DNA of 64,000 nucleotides from Candidatus Kapaibacterium sp. (GTDB taxonomy: Bacteria; Bacteroidota; Ignavibacteria; Kapaibacteriales; NICIL-2), in contig BPHJ01000001.1 of NCBI GenBank assembly GCA_026003475.1, positions 741,189 through 805,188 on the forward strand, read 5' to 3'. The stretch's first letter is position 1; every line of letters begins with the position of its first letter. The notes under the pieces are model-generated. The model worked only from the letters and a program-made list of their open reading frames with translations, was not told the DNA's origin and ran no database searches. This document shows, one piece after another, positions 8,741 through 17,497 of the stretch. The position numbers were made by a program, and so were the translations under genes.

Positions 8741-9636
8741 TCTGCCGTTTTCGGGTGCATAATCCCGAATTGCTCCAGGAGCTGCAGGATGCGCTGCTTG
8801 CTTTGCGGTTGGAGTGGTACCAGTGGTAGGCGATAGACTTCCTCGATCATGCCCATCTGCGCGAGGATGAACTTGACCGGAATTGGGTTCGGTTCGATAA
8901 AGTTTGCTTGCATCAAGGGAAGAAGTTCCAGCAGTATTGCCCGTGCAGTCTGATAGTCACCGCTGAGAGCAGCACGAACACCATCCCCAAAACGTCCCGG
9001 GAGGTAGTTCGAAATCACCGATATCACGCCTTGTGCACCGCAGGCGATCGCTGGCAGGGTGAGTGCATCGTCGCCACTGTAGAGAGCAAAGTAGGGTGGT
9101 GCATCACGGAGAATTGCTTGCATCTGTTCGAGGTCCCCAGAAGCTTCCTTGGTGCCGATGATGCGTTCGGAGAGGACTGCAACTTCGAGCTGTGTCTGAG
9201 GCAGCATGTTGACACCGGTCCTTCCCGGAACGTTGTAGATGATGATGCGTGCATCAGTTTCGCGAATCAGTGCTCGGTAGTGTTCGACCAACCCACGCTG
9301 GCTGGGTTTGTTGTAGTAGGGCGTGACCACCAACACGGCATCTGCGCCAAGCTCTATTGCCCGGTTGGTAAGTTCGATTGTGGTGCGTGTGTCGTTGGTA
9401 CCAGTCCCTGCAATGACCGGCGCGCGCTTGCGCGCAACACTCAGCGTTGATTCGATGACACTGAGCCGCTCAGCCATCGTCATGGTTGCCGATTCTCCGG
9501 TTGAACCGCAGGGCACCAGTGCTTCGATACCGTGTGCGATCTGAAATTCAACCAAGCGTTCGAGTGTGGCTCCATCAATGCGCCCATCCGGCTGAAATGG
9601 GGTTACCAGTGCTGTGGCTGTGCCGCGAAAAAGCAT
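8737..9636 (-). CDS. dapA: 4-hydroxy-tetrahydrodipicolinate synthase
   Basis: LFRGTATALVTPF...LVPCGSTGESATMT...YNVPGRTG; full-length DapA/NAL family. Confidence 0.85.
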   Translation of the reverse strand: MLFRGTATALVTPFQPDGRIDGATLERLVEFQIAHGIEALVPCGSTGESATMTMAERLSVIESTLSVARKRAPVIAGTGTNDTRTTIELTNRAIELGADAVLVVTPYYNKPSQRGLVEHYRALIRETDARIIIYNVPGRTGVNMLPQTQLEVAVLSERIIGTKEASGDLEQMQAILRDAPPYFALYSGDDALTLPAIACGAQGVISVISNYLPGRFGDGVRAALSGDYQTARAILLELLPLMQANFIEPNPIPVKFILAQMGMIEEVYRLPLVPLQPQSKQRILQLLEQFGIMHPKTAD

Positions 9637-9663
9637 GTTGTCATCCCAATCGTGTGAAACAAG

Positions 9664-11502
9664 CTATGGCGTTTGGTTGGTCAGTTGGATGCGCAGCTCG
9701 TTCAAGCGCTTGATTTGTTGGAGCAACTCCACGTTGTCTGGCTGCTGCTGGAGCTGTTTGGTCAACTCCTCTATGCGGTGTTTGAGGCGCCGCTCCTCGA
9801 GTTTCCCAAGTGCATCGTCGAGTAATCGCCGAAGGTGCCGGTCGCGATCGAGCTCAATACCATGGTCAGACCAACGCGGACTGGGAAACTCGTGTGTGAA
9901 GATAAGCCATTCGGCTAATGTTCGCACATGGTCTGGGATATTCAAGTCTGGAAGCGCACTTCCTGGTGGTCGCTGGCTGCTATCGGTCTGGAGTTGCTCC
10001 GCGACCGCTTCGAGTAGCTGCCGGGCACTTGCTGTGGGCAAGGTTGCGGGATCGAAGACGTACTCATCGAACAACGTCTGCGCAGCGTTGCGGGAGAGCA
10101 GTACTGCTTTGAGCAGTTCTACTTCTTCCGGCAGAATCGGTGCAGGTGGTGGTGGAGTGGTTGGTGGTTCGGAATGCTTGGGTGACGGTACCCGCTGGTT
10201 CCGCTGCGGTTGGTGGACACGGTGGGCGGGAGTGGTTCGTTGGAGCAAATCAACAGGTATTCCAACGCGATCGGAGAGCTCGCGAAGTAAGAGCACGCGG
10301 TAGATGGAGTCAGGGACAGGAGCGAGCATCTCAGCCAAGGCGCGAATTTGCTGCGTGGCGATGTCGGGGCGCGACCAATCATTTGTCCGTTTGCTCCAAG
10401 CAACCAAGAACTCTATAGGGGAAAGGCGTTTGCTAAGCTGCTGCCGCGCAATTTCTACTCCGCGCGTACGGACGAGACTATCGGGGTCTTCTCCTTCGGG
10501 CAATATCACAACATCTACACTCATCCCGCTGCGCAGAGCAAGGCCGACGGCACGGTGAGCGGCGTTCCACCCGGCAGTATCTCCATCGAAGACGAGCACG
10601 ACACGCTTGGTCAGCCGTCGCAGAATCTCGATGTGTTGCTCTGTCAGCGCTGTACCGCTGGTTGCGACGCAATGCTCAATGCCAGCAGCATGGAGCGCGA
10701 TTACATCCATGTACCCTTCGACGATAACAGCGTGCTGCTCATGGACGATCTTGTGGCGAGCAAGATGCAGTCCGTAGAACGTGGCGCTCTTATCGTACAC
10801 CGCGGTCTGCGGAGAATTGATGTACTTGGGTTCGTTGGGATCGTTGCTGAGTGTGCGAGCACCAAAACCGATAACGTTTCCAGCAGTGTTCCAGATGGGG
10901 AACATCACCCGATTGCGGAAGCGGTCATACTGGCTCCCGTCGTCCCGTATCGCGACAAGTCCCGCATCACGGAGCACATCTATTGCGAATCCCTGTGCGC
11001 TGAGTGCGTCGCCCAGCGCTGTCCACGATGGTGGTGCAGCGCCAAGCTGAAAGCGCTCTACCATCGCCTGACTTAGTCCACGGTCATGGATGAAGCGTTG
11101 TGCTGCAACGTGCTTTTCGAGTTGACTTCGGTAGTAATCCCGCGCTGCTTCTAACGCCCGAATAAGCTGCCGCCGATGTTCATCTGCTGGCGAAGGCGCT
11201 TGCTCTGCACCTTCTGGAATGGCTATGCCAACCGACGAGGCAACTGTTCTGACCGCCTCGAGAAAGCTCAGCCCGTTGTACTCCTGCAGGAACGTGAATA
11301 CATCGCCGCTTTTCCCGCAACCAAAGCACTTGTAGATGCCAAGCTCCGGGCTAACATTGAACGAGGGTGTCTTCTCTGTGTGGAATGGGCAGAGTCCGAC
11401 GAAATTCTTCCCGCGCTGGCGAAGGTGGACGTACTGGCCGATCACGCTGACGATGTCGGCACGGTCGCGGATTTCCGAAATGATGTCGCTCGGAATGGGC
11501 AT
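9664..11502 (-). CDS. dnaG: DNA primase DnaG
   Basis: Zn-finger CPFHTEKTPSFNVSPELGIYKCFGCGKSGDVFTFL, TOPRIM region VVLVFDGDTAG, ATG start at 11502. Confidence 0.9.
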   Translation of the reverse strand: MPIPSDIISEIRDRADIVSVIGQYVHLRQRGKNFVGLCPFHTEKTPSFNVSPELGIYKCFGCGKSGDVFTFLQEYNGLSFLEAVRTVASSVGIAIPEGAEQAPSPADEHRRQLIRALEAARDYYRSQLEKHVAAQRFIHDRGLSQAMVERFQLGAAPPSWTALGDALSAQGFAIDVLRDAGLVAIRDDGSQYDRFRNRVMFPIWNTAGNVIGFGARTLSNDPNEPKYINSPQTAVYDKSATFYGLHLARHKIVHEQHAVIVEGYMDVIALHAAGIEHCVATSGTALTEQHIEILRRLTKRVVLVFDGDTAGWNAAHRAVGLALRSGMSVDVVILPEGEDPDSLVRTRGVEIARQQLSKRLSPIEFLVAWSKRTNDWSRPDIATQQIRALAEMLAPVPDSIYRVLLLRELSDRVGIPVDLLQRTTPAHRVHQPQRNQRVPSPKHSEPPTTPPPPAPILPEEVELLKAVLLSRNAAQTLFDEYVFDPATLPTASARQLLEAVAEQLQTDSSQRPPGSALPDLNIPDHVRTLAEWLIFTHEFPSPRWSDHGIELDRDRHLRRLLDDALGKLEERRLKHRIEELTKQLQQQPDNVELLQQIKRLNELRIQLTNQTP

Positions 11503-11589
11503 CGGAAATGGGATTCAATCAACCGTGCAAAAATCGGTAGAGAGAATGTTTCTGCAAGTATCCGGACAGGTGTCCTGCAATGAACGCAC

Positions 11590-12111
11590 TTAGCAAGTAA
11601 TGCAGAAATTGGTTCTGCAAACGGGCTGGTCTCGAACGGTATCGGCTAACGCTGCTATCGTTTGCTGGGCCTGTGGGTGAATCCAAGAAGGAACAATATC
11701 GCTGGCGGGAATCAGCACAAAGGCGCGCTCGATTGTCTGGGGATGGGGAATCACCAATTGGGGATGCTCGATCACGTTGTCTCCGTAGAGGATGATGTCA
11801 ATGTCAATTTCACGTTCGTGCCAGCGTGGACGGGGGCGACGTCCCAACCTACGTTCGAGGTCCTTGAGGTGGCTGTGCAAAACGAAGGGATCAAGACTGG
11901 TCAGCCCAGCAATGCAACAATTGAGGAATCGTGGCTGATTGTGGTAACCAACTGGCTCAGTTTCATAAACGGGTGAGCATCGCATGGAGCACAACAAGCC
12001 ATCGGCACGAATCGAACGCACCGCAGCATCGAGTTGGGCAAGACGATCGCCAAGATTGCTGCCCAAACTGAGCAAGACGGGTGTGACTACTGTTGCCGAT
12101 GGGCGCGCCAT
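11590..12111 (-). CDS. folK: 2-amino-4-hydroxy-6-hydroxymethyldihydropteridine pyrophosphokinase (HPPK)
   Basis: LLSLGSNLGDRLAQLDAAV...SPVYETEPVGY...ERRLGR...W.ERE.DIDIILYGD. Confidence 0.85.
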   Translation of the reverse strand: MARPSATVVTPVLLSLGSNLGDRLAQLDAAVRSIRADGLLCSMRCSPVYETEPVGYHNQPRFLNCCIAGLTSLDPFVLHSHLKDLERRLGRRPRPRWHEREIDIDIILYGDNVIEHPQLVIPHPQTIERAFVLIPASDIVPSWIHPQAQQTIAALADTVRDQPVCRTNFCITC

Positions 12112-12464
12112 TCAACCTCGACGGAATCTACCATGACACCCACCGGTACCGTTCGTTTTCGAACTCGGAGACAGACCGATTCGGCCAGTGGAAACCGATG
12201 GAGAATTGCTCGGGCAAGGTCGGCCGCCAGCGTTTCGATCAAGCGTCGGCGTTTGCTATTGGCAATCTCGTTGATACAGGTAATGACGTCGGCGTAATTG
12301 AGTGCATCACCAAGATCATCTCCACTGGCAGCACGATGTGCATCATAGTACAGCTCGACGTCAATTTCGTAGCGACCGCCGAGTTGCTGTTCTTCCGAGG
12401 AGACGCCGTGGTACGAGTAGAGCTGAATGTTGTTGATTGTCAGTTTGACTAGTGAACCCATCAT
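12087..12464 (-). CDS. folB: Dihydroneopterin aldolase
   Basis: IQLYSYHGVSSEEQQLGGRYEIDVELYYD...NYADV; overlaps folK by about 25 nt in the same operon. Confidence 0.8.
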   Translation of the reverse strand: MMGSLVKLTINNIQLYSYHGVSSEEQQLGGRYEIDVELYYDAHRAASGDDLGDALNYADVITCINEIANSKRRRLIETLAADLARAILHRFPLAESVCLRVRKRTVPVGVMVDSVEVEWRAHRQQ

Positions 12465-14245
12465 GGCAATGGTGGCTCAGGAGGAGAAGTGGATGTAAGT
12501 GTGGTTGATCGATCCAAGAGTAAAGCGTGAACTGATGCTGAATCACGGCATTGAAGCGCTTGTTCGACGAGTGCTCGAGCCTGTCCGGAATCAACCGTCG
12601 GAATTCTACGCTTCAGCGCGGAAATGTAACTGGGAGCAACGCTGAACGCCCGAATGCCAAGCCCGATGAGCAATTCGGTTGCGGATAGAAACGTTGCCAA
12701 GTCTCCGCAGAGTTCGAGTTCGATTCCGTGGCGCTGCGCGATGCGAGCCACATGGTCAACCAACCGCAATACTGCTGGGTTAAGTTGGTCGAAAATATGC
12801 GCTACCAGATCGCTTGTTCGATCAGCAGCAAGCGTGTATTGGGTCAGGTCGTTGGTGCCGATGCTGAAAAACTGCACCTGTCCGGCAAAATGCTCTGCGA
12901 GCAGTGCAGCAGCCGGTGTTTCGATCATCACGCCCAGTGGGAGGTGCTCATCGAACGGTTCGTTGGTGTTTGCCAGCTCCGACTTGATGGTTGCAAGCAG
13001 GTCGAATGTTGCTGTAAGTTCTTCGACGGATGTAATCATCGGGAGCAGAAGGCGTACGTTTCGATGCTCCGATGCCCGAAGTATCGCGCGAAGTTGTGTG
13101 CGATACAGGTCCTGCCGACGAAGGAGAAAGCGAATGCCACGAAGCCCAAGTGCAGGATTGGCTTCATGGGGCATGCCGTGGATGAACTTATCGCTCCCAA
13201 CGTCGAACACTCTCAAGGTCACTGGCTTGGGATACGCACGCTCGGCGAGCATAGTGTACCACTGGTATTGCTCCTGCTCTGTGGGAAAATGCTGCAATCG
13301 CACAAGGAGCATTTCTGTTCGGACCAATCCGATACCATCGGCACCATGGCTGAGCGCTGGGGGCACTTCGTCGGGTGAATCCACCGATGCATATACCGGA
13401 ATGGTGATACCGTCAGCGGTTGCAACAGGTGCACTCGGAACGGGGTGCCGTTGCAGTGATACCTGCTCACGTTGCAATGAACAGTAGTGCGCTGCTGTTT
13501 GTTCGTTCGGCTGTGCGATGACCGTCCCGCGAGAACCGTCCACAATAACCGTTCTGCCGTGCGGTATGATCATCGTTGCATTGCGAACGCCAATGACCGC
13601 CGGAATCCCCAAGGTTCGAGCAACGATGCAGGCATGCGATGTGATGCCACCAACTTCCGTCACAATGCCAATGGCACCGTTGGTATGGTAGTTGACAACA
13701 TCGGTTGCCAACAGCGATGGAGCAACAACGATCGCACCCTGGACGTGTTCAACCTGTTGCTCTGGGATCAAGAGCAACTCCAGAAATTTTTGACGGAGAT
13801 TCTCCAAGTCGTAGCGGCGATCTCGCAGGAACGAGTCCGTCGCAGTAGCCAATGCGTGGATATGCGCATCGTAGGCAGTGCTGACAGCAACTTCTGCGGG
13901 CATTCCGTCGCGTTGAATGCGCGTGTAAATCGCTTCGTCGAGCGCTGGATCAGTTGCGATCAGCTCATAGGCTTCAATGATAGCATGGGTATCCCGCAGC
14001 AGGAAGGATGTTGCTGTCAGGCTTTCTCGGATCGATGCGAGCAGAAGGTCCCGCGCCTTCTGGTAGCGTTCTACTTCAGCACTGCGGTCGCTGGGAGCTA
14101 CCACTTGCCATTGCAACAACCGACGATGCAAAGGAGCAAGAACAACCGCTGGTCCGATCGCTATGCCCCGGGATGCAGCACTGCCTTGGAGGCGCAGCTC
14201 CAGTACGGCAGCACGGGAATCACCTGGATCGCTATCAGCACTCAC
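12461..14245 (-). CDS. ptsI: Phosphoenolpyruvate-protein phosphotransferase (PTS Enzyme I); GTG start
   Basis: N-terminus GIAASRGIAIGPAVVL, central PEP-utilizer domain, C-terminus IGTNDLTQYTLA.DR. The first codon reads GTG on the minus strand. Confidence 0.85.
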   Translation of the reverse strand: MSADSDPGDSRAAVLELRLQGSAASRGIAIGPAVVLAPLHRRLLQWQVVAPSDRSAEVERYQKARDLLLASIRESLTATSFLLRDTHAIIEAYELIATDPALDEAIYTRIQRDGMPAEVAVSTAYDAHIHALATATDSFLRDRRYDLENLRQKFLELLLIPEQQVEHVQGAIVVAPSLLATDVVNYHTNGAIGIVTEVGGITSHACIVARTLGIPAVIGVRNATMIIPHGRTVIVDGSRGTVIAQPNEQTAAHYCSLQREQVSLQRHPVPSAPVATADGITIPVYASVDSPDEVPPALSHGADGIGLVRTEMLLVRLQHFPTEQEQYQWYTMLAERAYPKPVTLRVFDVGSDKFIHGMPHEANPALGLRGIRFLLRRQDLYRTQLRAILRASEHRNVRLLLPMITSVEELTATFDLLATIKSELANTNEPFDEHLPLGVMIETPAAALLAEHFAGQVQFFSIGTNDLTQYTLAADRTSDLVAHIFDQLNPAVLRLVDHVARIAQRHGIELELCGDLATFLSATELLIGLGIRAFSVAPSYISALKRRIPTVDSGQARALVEQALQCRDSASVHALLLDRSTTLTSTSPPEPPLP

Positions 14246-14383
14246 GGAATCTGTGCGAACAGTGGGACTGATCGTTTGTCGCTACCAAGCCGAATATAGG
14301 GACTGTTGGTTATTGCTCGTCGGTGTGTCGAGCTGCGCTCATGGTCGGGCACGTGTTGGTTGGATCACATCGAGCACAAGACC

Positions 14384-14671
14384 TTAGATGGGTTCACCGA
14401 AACCGTTTTCGAATAATTCAGCAATTGCGCGTGCTGCTTCCTCCTCGTCCGGTCCAGAGACGATCAGTTTCAGCGTTGTTCCTTGGGCTGCGGCTAAGGT
14501 CATGACACCGATGATGCTCTTTGCATTGATGCGCATGTGGTCTTCGCTTTCGAGAAAGATGTCGGACCGATACTGTGCTGCGAGTTTGACGATCATTGCC
14601 GCCGGTCGGGTATGCAAACCTGCCCGATTACGAACGAGGACAGTGCGTTCAACCATGGTGCATTCCATCAT
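14384..14671 (-). CDS. ptsH: Phosphocarrier protein HPr. The start may be the internal MVERT at about 14656.
   Basis: VLVRNRAGLHTRPAAMIVKLA...AKSIIGVMTLAA..G..L.L; the His-15 and Ser-46 contexts are conserved. Confidence 0.8.
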   Translation of the reverse strand: MMECTMVERTVLVRNRAGLHTRPAAMIVKLAAQYRSDIFLESEDHMRINAKSIIGVMTLAAAQGTTLKLIVSGPDEEEAARAIAELFENGFGEPI

Positions 14672-15675
14672 GAGTCATTCGAAGGAAGTCTGTTGGAATA
14701 GTCAGTAGGTGGATTACGGGTAGTGGTATGGGTAGATGTAGCAGCTTTCTGTAAGCGATTCATCAACGCAGCATTCGAACGAATATCCTCGGTGACGAGC
14801 ACATAGAGTGCCGTGCGCCCCTCGCGTTCGGCGCGACGAAATTCATCGTAGAGCGTTGCTGGTTGCAATGGTCTAACCACAAACCGACCATCGAGTGGTT
14901 GAGTTGCCAACACGACGATATTTGCATCAGTGCTCTGGGGTAATTGGTCTGGTGACTCGAGCAAAATTACGGGTATGGCGGGTGCGTAGTGGCGGTATTT
15001 CATTCCTGGTGCGCATGGTGTCTCGGCACTCGATGGTCCTAACAGTGGCGGTTCGAATCCCAAGACCGTTGCTAAATCTGCTGCCGTGATTGCTCCCGGA
15101 CGGGCGATGGTGATATCCCCGACCAGAAGTAACACCGTGGATTCAATCCCAATCGGACAAGGTCCAGCATCGAGTACTGCTGCGATGTGTCCGTCGAGGT
15201 CTTCGAGGACGTGCGCTGCGCACGTTGGGCTTGGACGCCCAGAGCGATTCGCCGATGGTGCAACCAAGGGCGTACCAACGTGAGCGATCAATTGTCGCGT
15301 CACCGAGGGCGACGGAATGCGGACGGCAACGGTCGGAAGTCCGGCGCTAATGAGCGCAGGAACATCTTGGCGTCTTTTGAGCACAAGGGTCAATGGTCCC
15401 GGTGCGAAGCGCTCCAGCAGTTGCCATGCTATCGGTGGTATGTCGGTGGCGACCAGTTCAATCTCCTCTGGCGCTTGGCAATGAACAATGAGCGGATTGT
15501 CGAGTGGACGCCCTTTGACGCAGAAAATCTCAGCAATAGCTGTCGCATCATCTGCGCATGCTGCTAAGCCATAGACCGTTTCCGTTGGTATAGCAACAAG
15601 CTTTCCTGCGCGCAGTAGGGCTCCAGCAGTGGCAACATCAGCAGGATTGGAAGCATCGAGCCGAAGAGTTTTCAT
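14668..15675 (-). CDS. tsaC: L-threonylcarbamoyladenylate synthase (Sua5/YrdC family, with Sua5 C-terminal domain)
   Basis: GKLVAIPTETVYGLAACADD...KGRP.DNPLIVH...VAVRIPSPSVTRQLI...LVAPSANRSGRPSPT, plus a C-terminal Sua5 domain. Confidence 0.8.
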   Translation of the reverse strand: MKTLRLDASNPADVATAGALLRAGKLVAIPTETVYGLAACADDATAIAEIFCVKGRPLDNPLIVHCQAPEEIELVATDIPPIAWQLLERFAPGPLTLVLKRRQDVPALISAGLPTVAVRIPSPSVTRQLIAHVGTPLVAPSANRSGRPSPTCAAHVLEDLDGHIAAVLDAGPCPIGIESTVLLLVGDITIARPGAITAADLATVLGFEPPLLGPSSAETPCAPGMKYRHYAPAIPVILLESPDQLPQSTDANIVVLATQPLDGRFVVRPLQPATLYDEFRRAEREGRTALYVLVTEDIRSNAALMNRLQKAATSTHTTTRNPPTDYSNRLPSNDS

Positions 15676-15688
15676 GGGTCAACGCTGC

Positions 15689-17497
15689 TTACCATGCAAA
15701 CCAGACATGTTTCAGGACTGGACGTGCCATCGGGTCGAGAGGATAATTCCGCACGTACGGATGGAGCAATCGGTAGTGGTGTTCGTAGAAGAGCATTGCT
15801 GCTGGTGCATCGTGCATGATGAGCTGTTCCGCTGCAGCATACAACCGAAGGCGCTGTGCCGGATCGGTCTGCATTGTTGCGCGTTGGATAAGTTCGGAAA
15901 CTGTTTGGTTGCGGTAGCGAGTGCTGTTGGGATAGCTTGGTGCGGTGAGGTCATCAGGTACATAGCGTCCGTCGAAAAGGCTCAAGAAATTTTCGACGTC
16001 TGGGTAATCGCCATACCACCGCGTTCCCCACAGGATGAACTGTCCCCGTTCAGCCATATCGAGGAATTGCGCCAGTTGGACAATTTCGATGCGGATCGTG
16101 ATGCCAAGCTGTTCTTCGAGCATGCCTTGAATGGCTTCGGCAACTTGCAGCAATCGTGGTTCGGGATACACGTGGAGCACCAGTTCACGATTACCCTGTT
16201 TGTAGAATGTTGTTTGAGAAAGTAGCTGCCGTGCTCGTGCAGGATCATAATGGTAACCTTCGATGTGCTCAATCCTGTAACCAGGCATTGCTGGCGGTGT
16301 AACACCGTGTTCGGCGGGCATGAAGGGTGAATTCCGCAGTACAAACCGAACAATCCGCTGACGATCGAGTGCCCACGAAATCGCTTGGCGAAGGCGCTTG
16401 TCGGAAAATGGAGATACTGCACAATTGAAGTCAATAAACCACGTGAGCAGTGCGGGACACTGCTGAAGCACGATTCCTTTATCCAGACGAAGTCTCTTGG
16501 ATTCTGGCTCGACGATCATGTCGAATAGTTCGGTCGGGATGGACTGCGACTCATCGAGTTGTCCGTCGAGGAATTGTCGGATTTGCACTTTGTCGTCCTT
16601 GACAAAGGAGATGAACACCGAGTCCACATAGGGAAGGCGGTTACCGTAGCGGTCGTGTTGCCAGTAGTGCTCATTCCGCACAAGGAGCATACCGTAGTCG
16701 TCCTTCCACCACGCAAAGCGGAATGGACCTGTTCCGACCGGATGTCGAAAGAAATTCTCGCCGTAGTACTCGACTGCCTCGTGGGGCACGACGCACCCGA
16801 GAGCATTCGCAAGCTGGAGTAAAAATGGTGCGTAGGGGCGCTCCAGTTCGATGCAGACCGTGGAATCATCGAGTGCTCGGATACCCTCAACACCACCAAT
16901 GCGTTGGTCGCCGCGCATGCGAGCAGTGTAGTAGGCAGTTGCACCGCGAACCTTGTCCTTGAATACCCAAAATGCAGTGGTACGTGCTCCAGGATCGCAG
17001 GCACGGGTGAGAGAATAAACTACATCCTGAGCGGTCATGCGACGTCCGACACCACCGGGGAAGCAGGGATCGTTGTGAAATCGAACATCAGTCCGGAGAT
17101 GAAACACATATCGCCGGCCATCGGCGGAGATTTGCCACGATCGTGCTAACTCCGGTTGGGGACTCAGAACGGAATCGAAGGTAATCAAACGGTCGTACAC
17201 TTGGAGTGCAATGTCGTCGGCAAGCTTGCTGGTGATCAAAACAGGGTCGAGTCCATTCGGATTGCCGCGCAGCATATTGATGCGGTAGGTGCCGCCATAC
17301 CGCATCCCACCATGAGCTGGGCGTAGGGTATGGTAACCAGTGCTCTGCTTGCATGCACTTATCAGGACCTGCAGGACTCCCACCGCAATTGCTACCAACA
17401 ATCGCCGCCTGGTCCACTCGCCAGATCGCCGACGATGGTCAAGCATTCGGCGGTTAGAGCGACCGGAGAATACACTCAGCAAGGCACTAAGCATCAC
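15689..17497 (-). CDS. ABC transporter substrate-binding protein, family 5 (Opp/Dpp-like); orphan, with no permease adjacent
   Basis: About 600 aa with a signal/TM N-terminus and the SBP_bac_5 pattern GGTYRINMLRGNPNGLDP...VFHLRTDVRFHND. Confidence 0.7.
   Translation of the reverse strand: MMLSALLSVFSGRSNRRMLDHRRRSGEWTRRRLLVAIAVGVLQVLISACKQSTGYHTLRPAHGGMRYGGTYRINMLRGNPNGLDPVLITSKLADDIALQVYDRLITFDSVLSPQPELARSWQISADGRRYVFHLRTDVRFHNDPCFPGGVGRRMTAQDVVYSLTRACDPGARTTAFWVFKDKVRGATAYYTARMRGDQRIGGVEGIRALDDSTVCIELERPYAPFLLQLANALGCVVPHEAVEYYGENFFRHPVGTGPFRFAWWKDDYGMLLVRNEHYWQHDRYGNRLPYVDSVFISFVKDDKVQIRQFLDGQLDESQSIPTELFDMIVEPESKRLRLDKGIVLQQCPALLTWFIDFNCAVSPFSDKRLRQAISWALDRQRIVRFVLRNSPFMPAEHGVTPPAMPGYRIEHIEGYHYDPARARQLLSQTTFYKQGNRELVLHVYPEPRLLQVAEAIQGMLEEQLGITIRIEIVQLAQFLDMAERGQFILWGTRWYGDYPDVENFLSLFDGRYVPDDLTAPSYPNSTRYRNQTVSELIQRATMQTDPAQRLRLYAAAEQLIMHDAPAAMLFYEHHYRLLHPYVRNYPLDPMARPVLKHVWFAW

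Noticed and set aside
4461-8741. Possibility that the TPR, feoAB and Cpn10-like genes downstream of tRNA-Thr form an integrated island
   Set aside because: There is no integrase, no direct repeat of the tRNA 3' end that I could find by eye, no GC shift, and the cargo is housekeeping-like. There is not enough evidence for a mobile element.
11601-11619. Perfect 7-bp hairpin TGCAGAA-attgg-TTCTGCA near the folK-dnaG junction
   Set aside because: It lies inside the last codons of folK (...CRTNFCITC) and arises from repeated Cys-codon contexts. It is probably coincidental and not followed by a U-tract.
12654-14299. Two long plus-strand ORFs (277 and 270 aa) opposite ptsI
   Set aside because: They are antisense to a strongly supported Enzyme I gene. 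Their composition (Ser/Arg/Cys-rich) is typical of reverse-frame translation of high-GC coding sequence.
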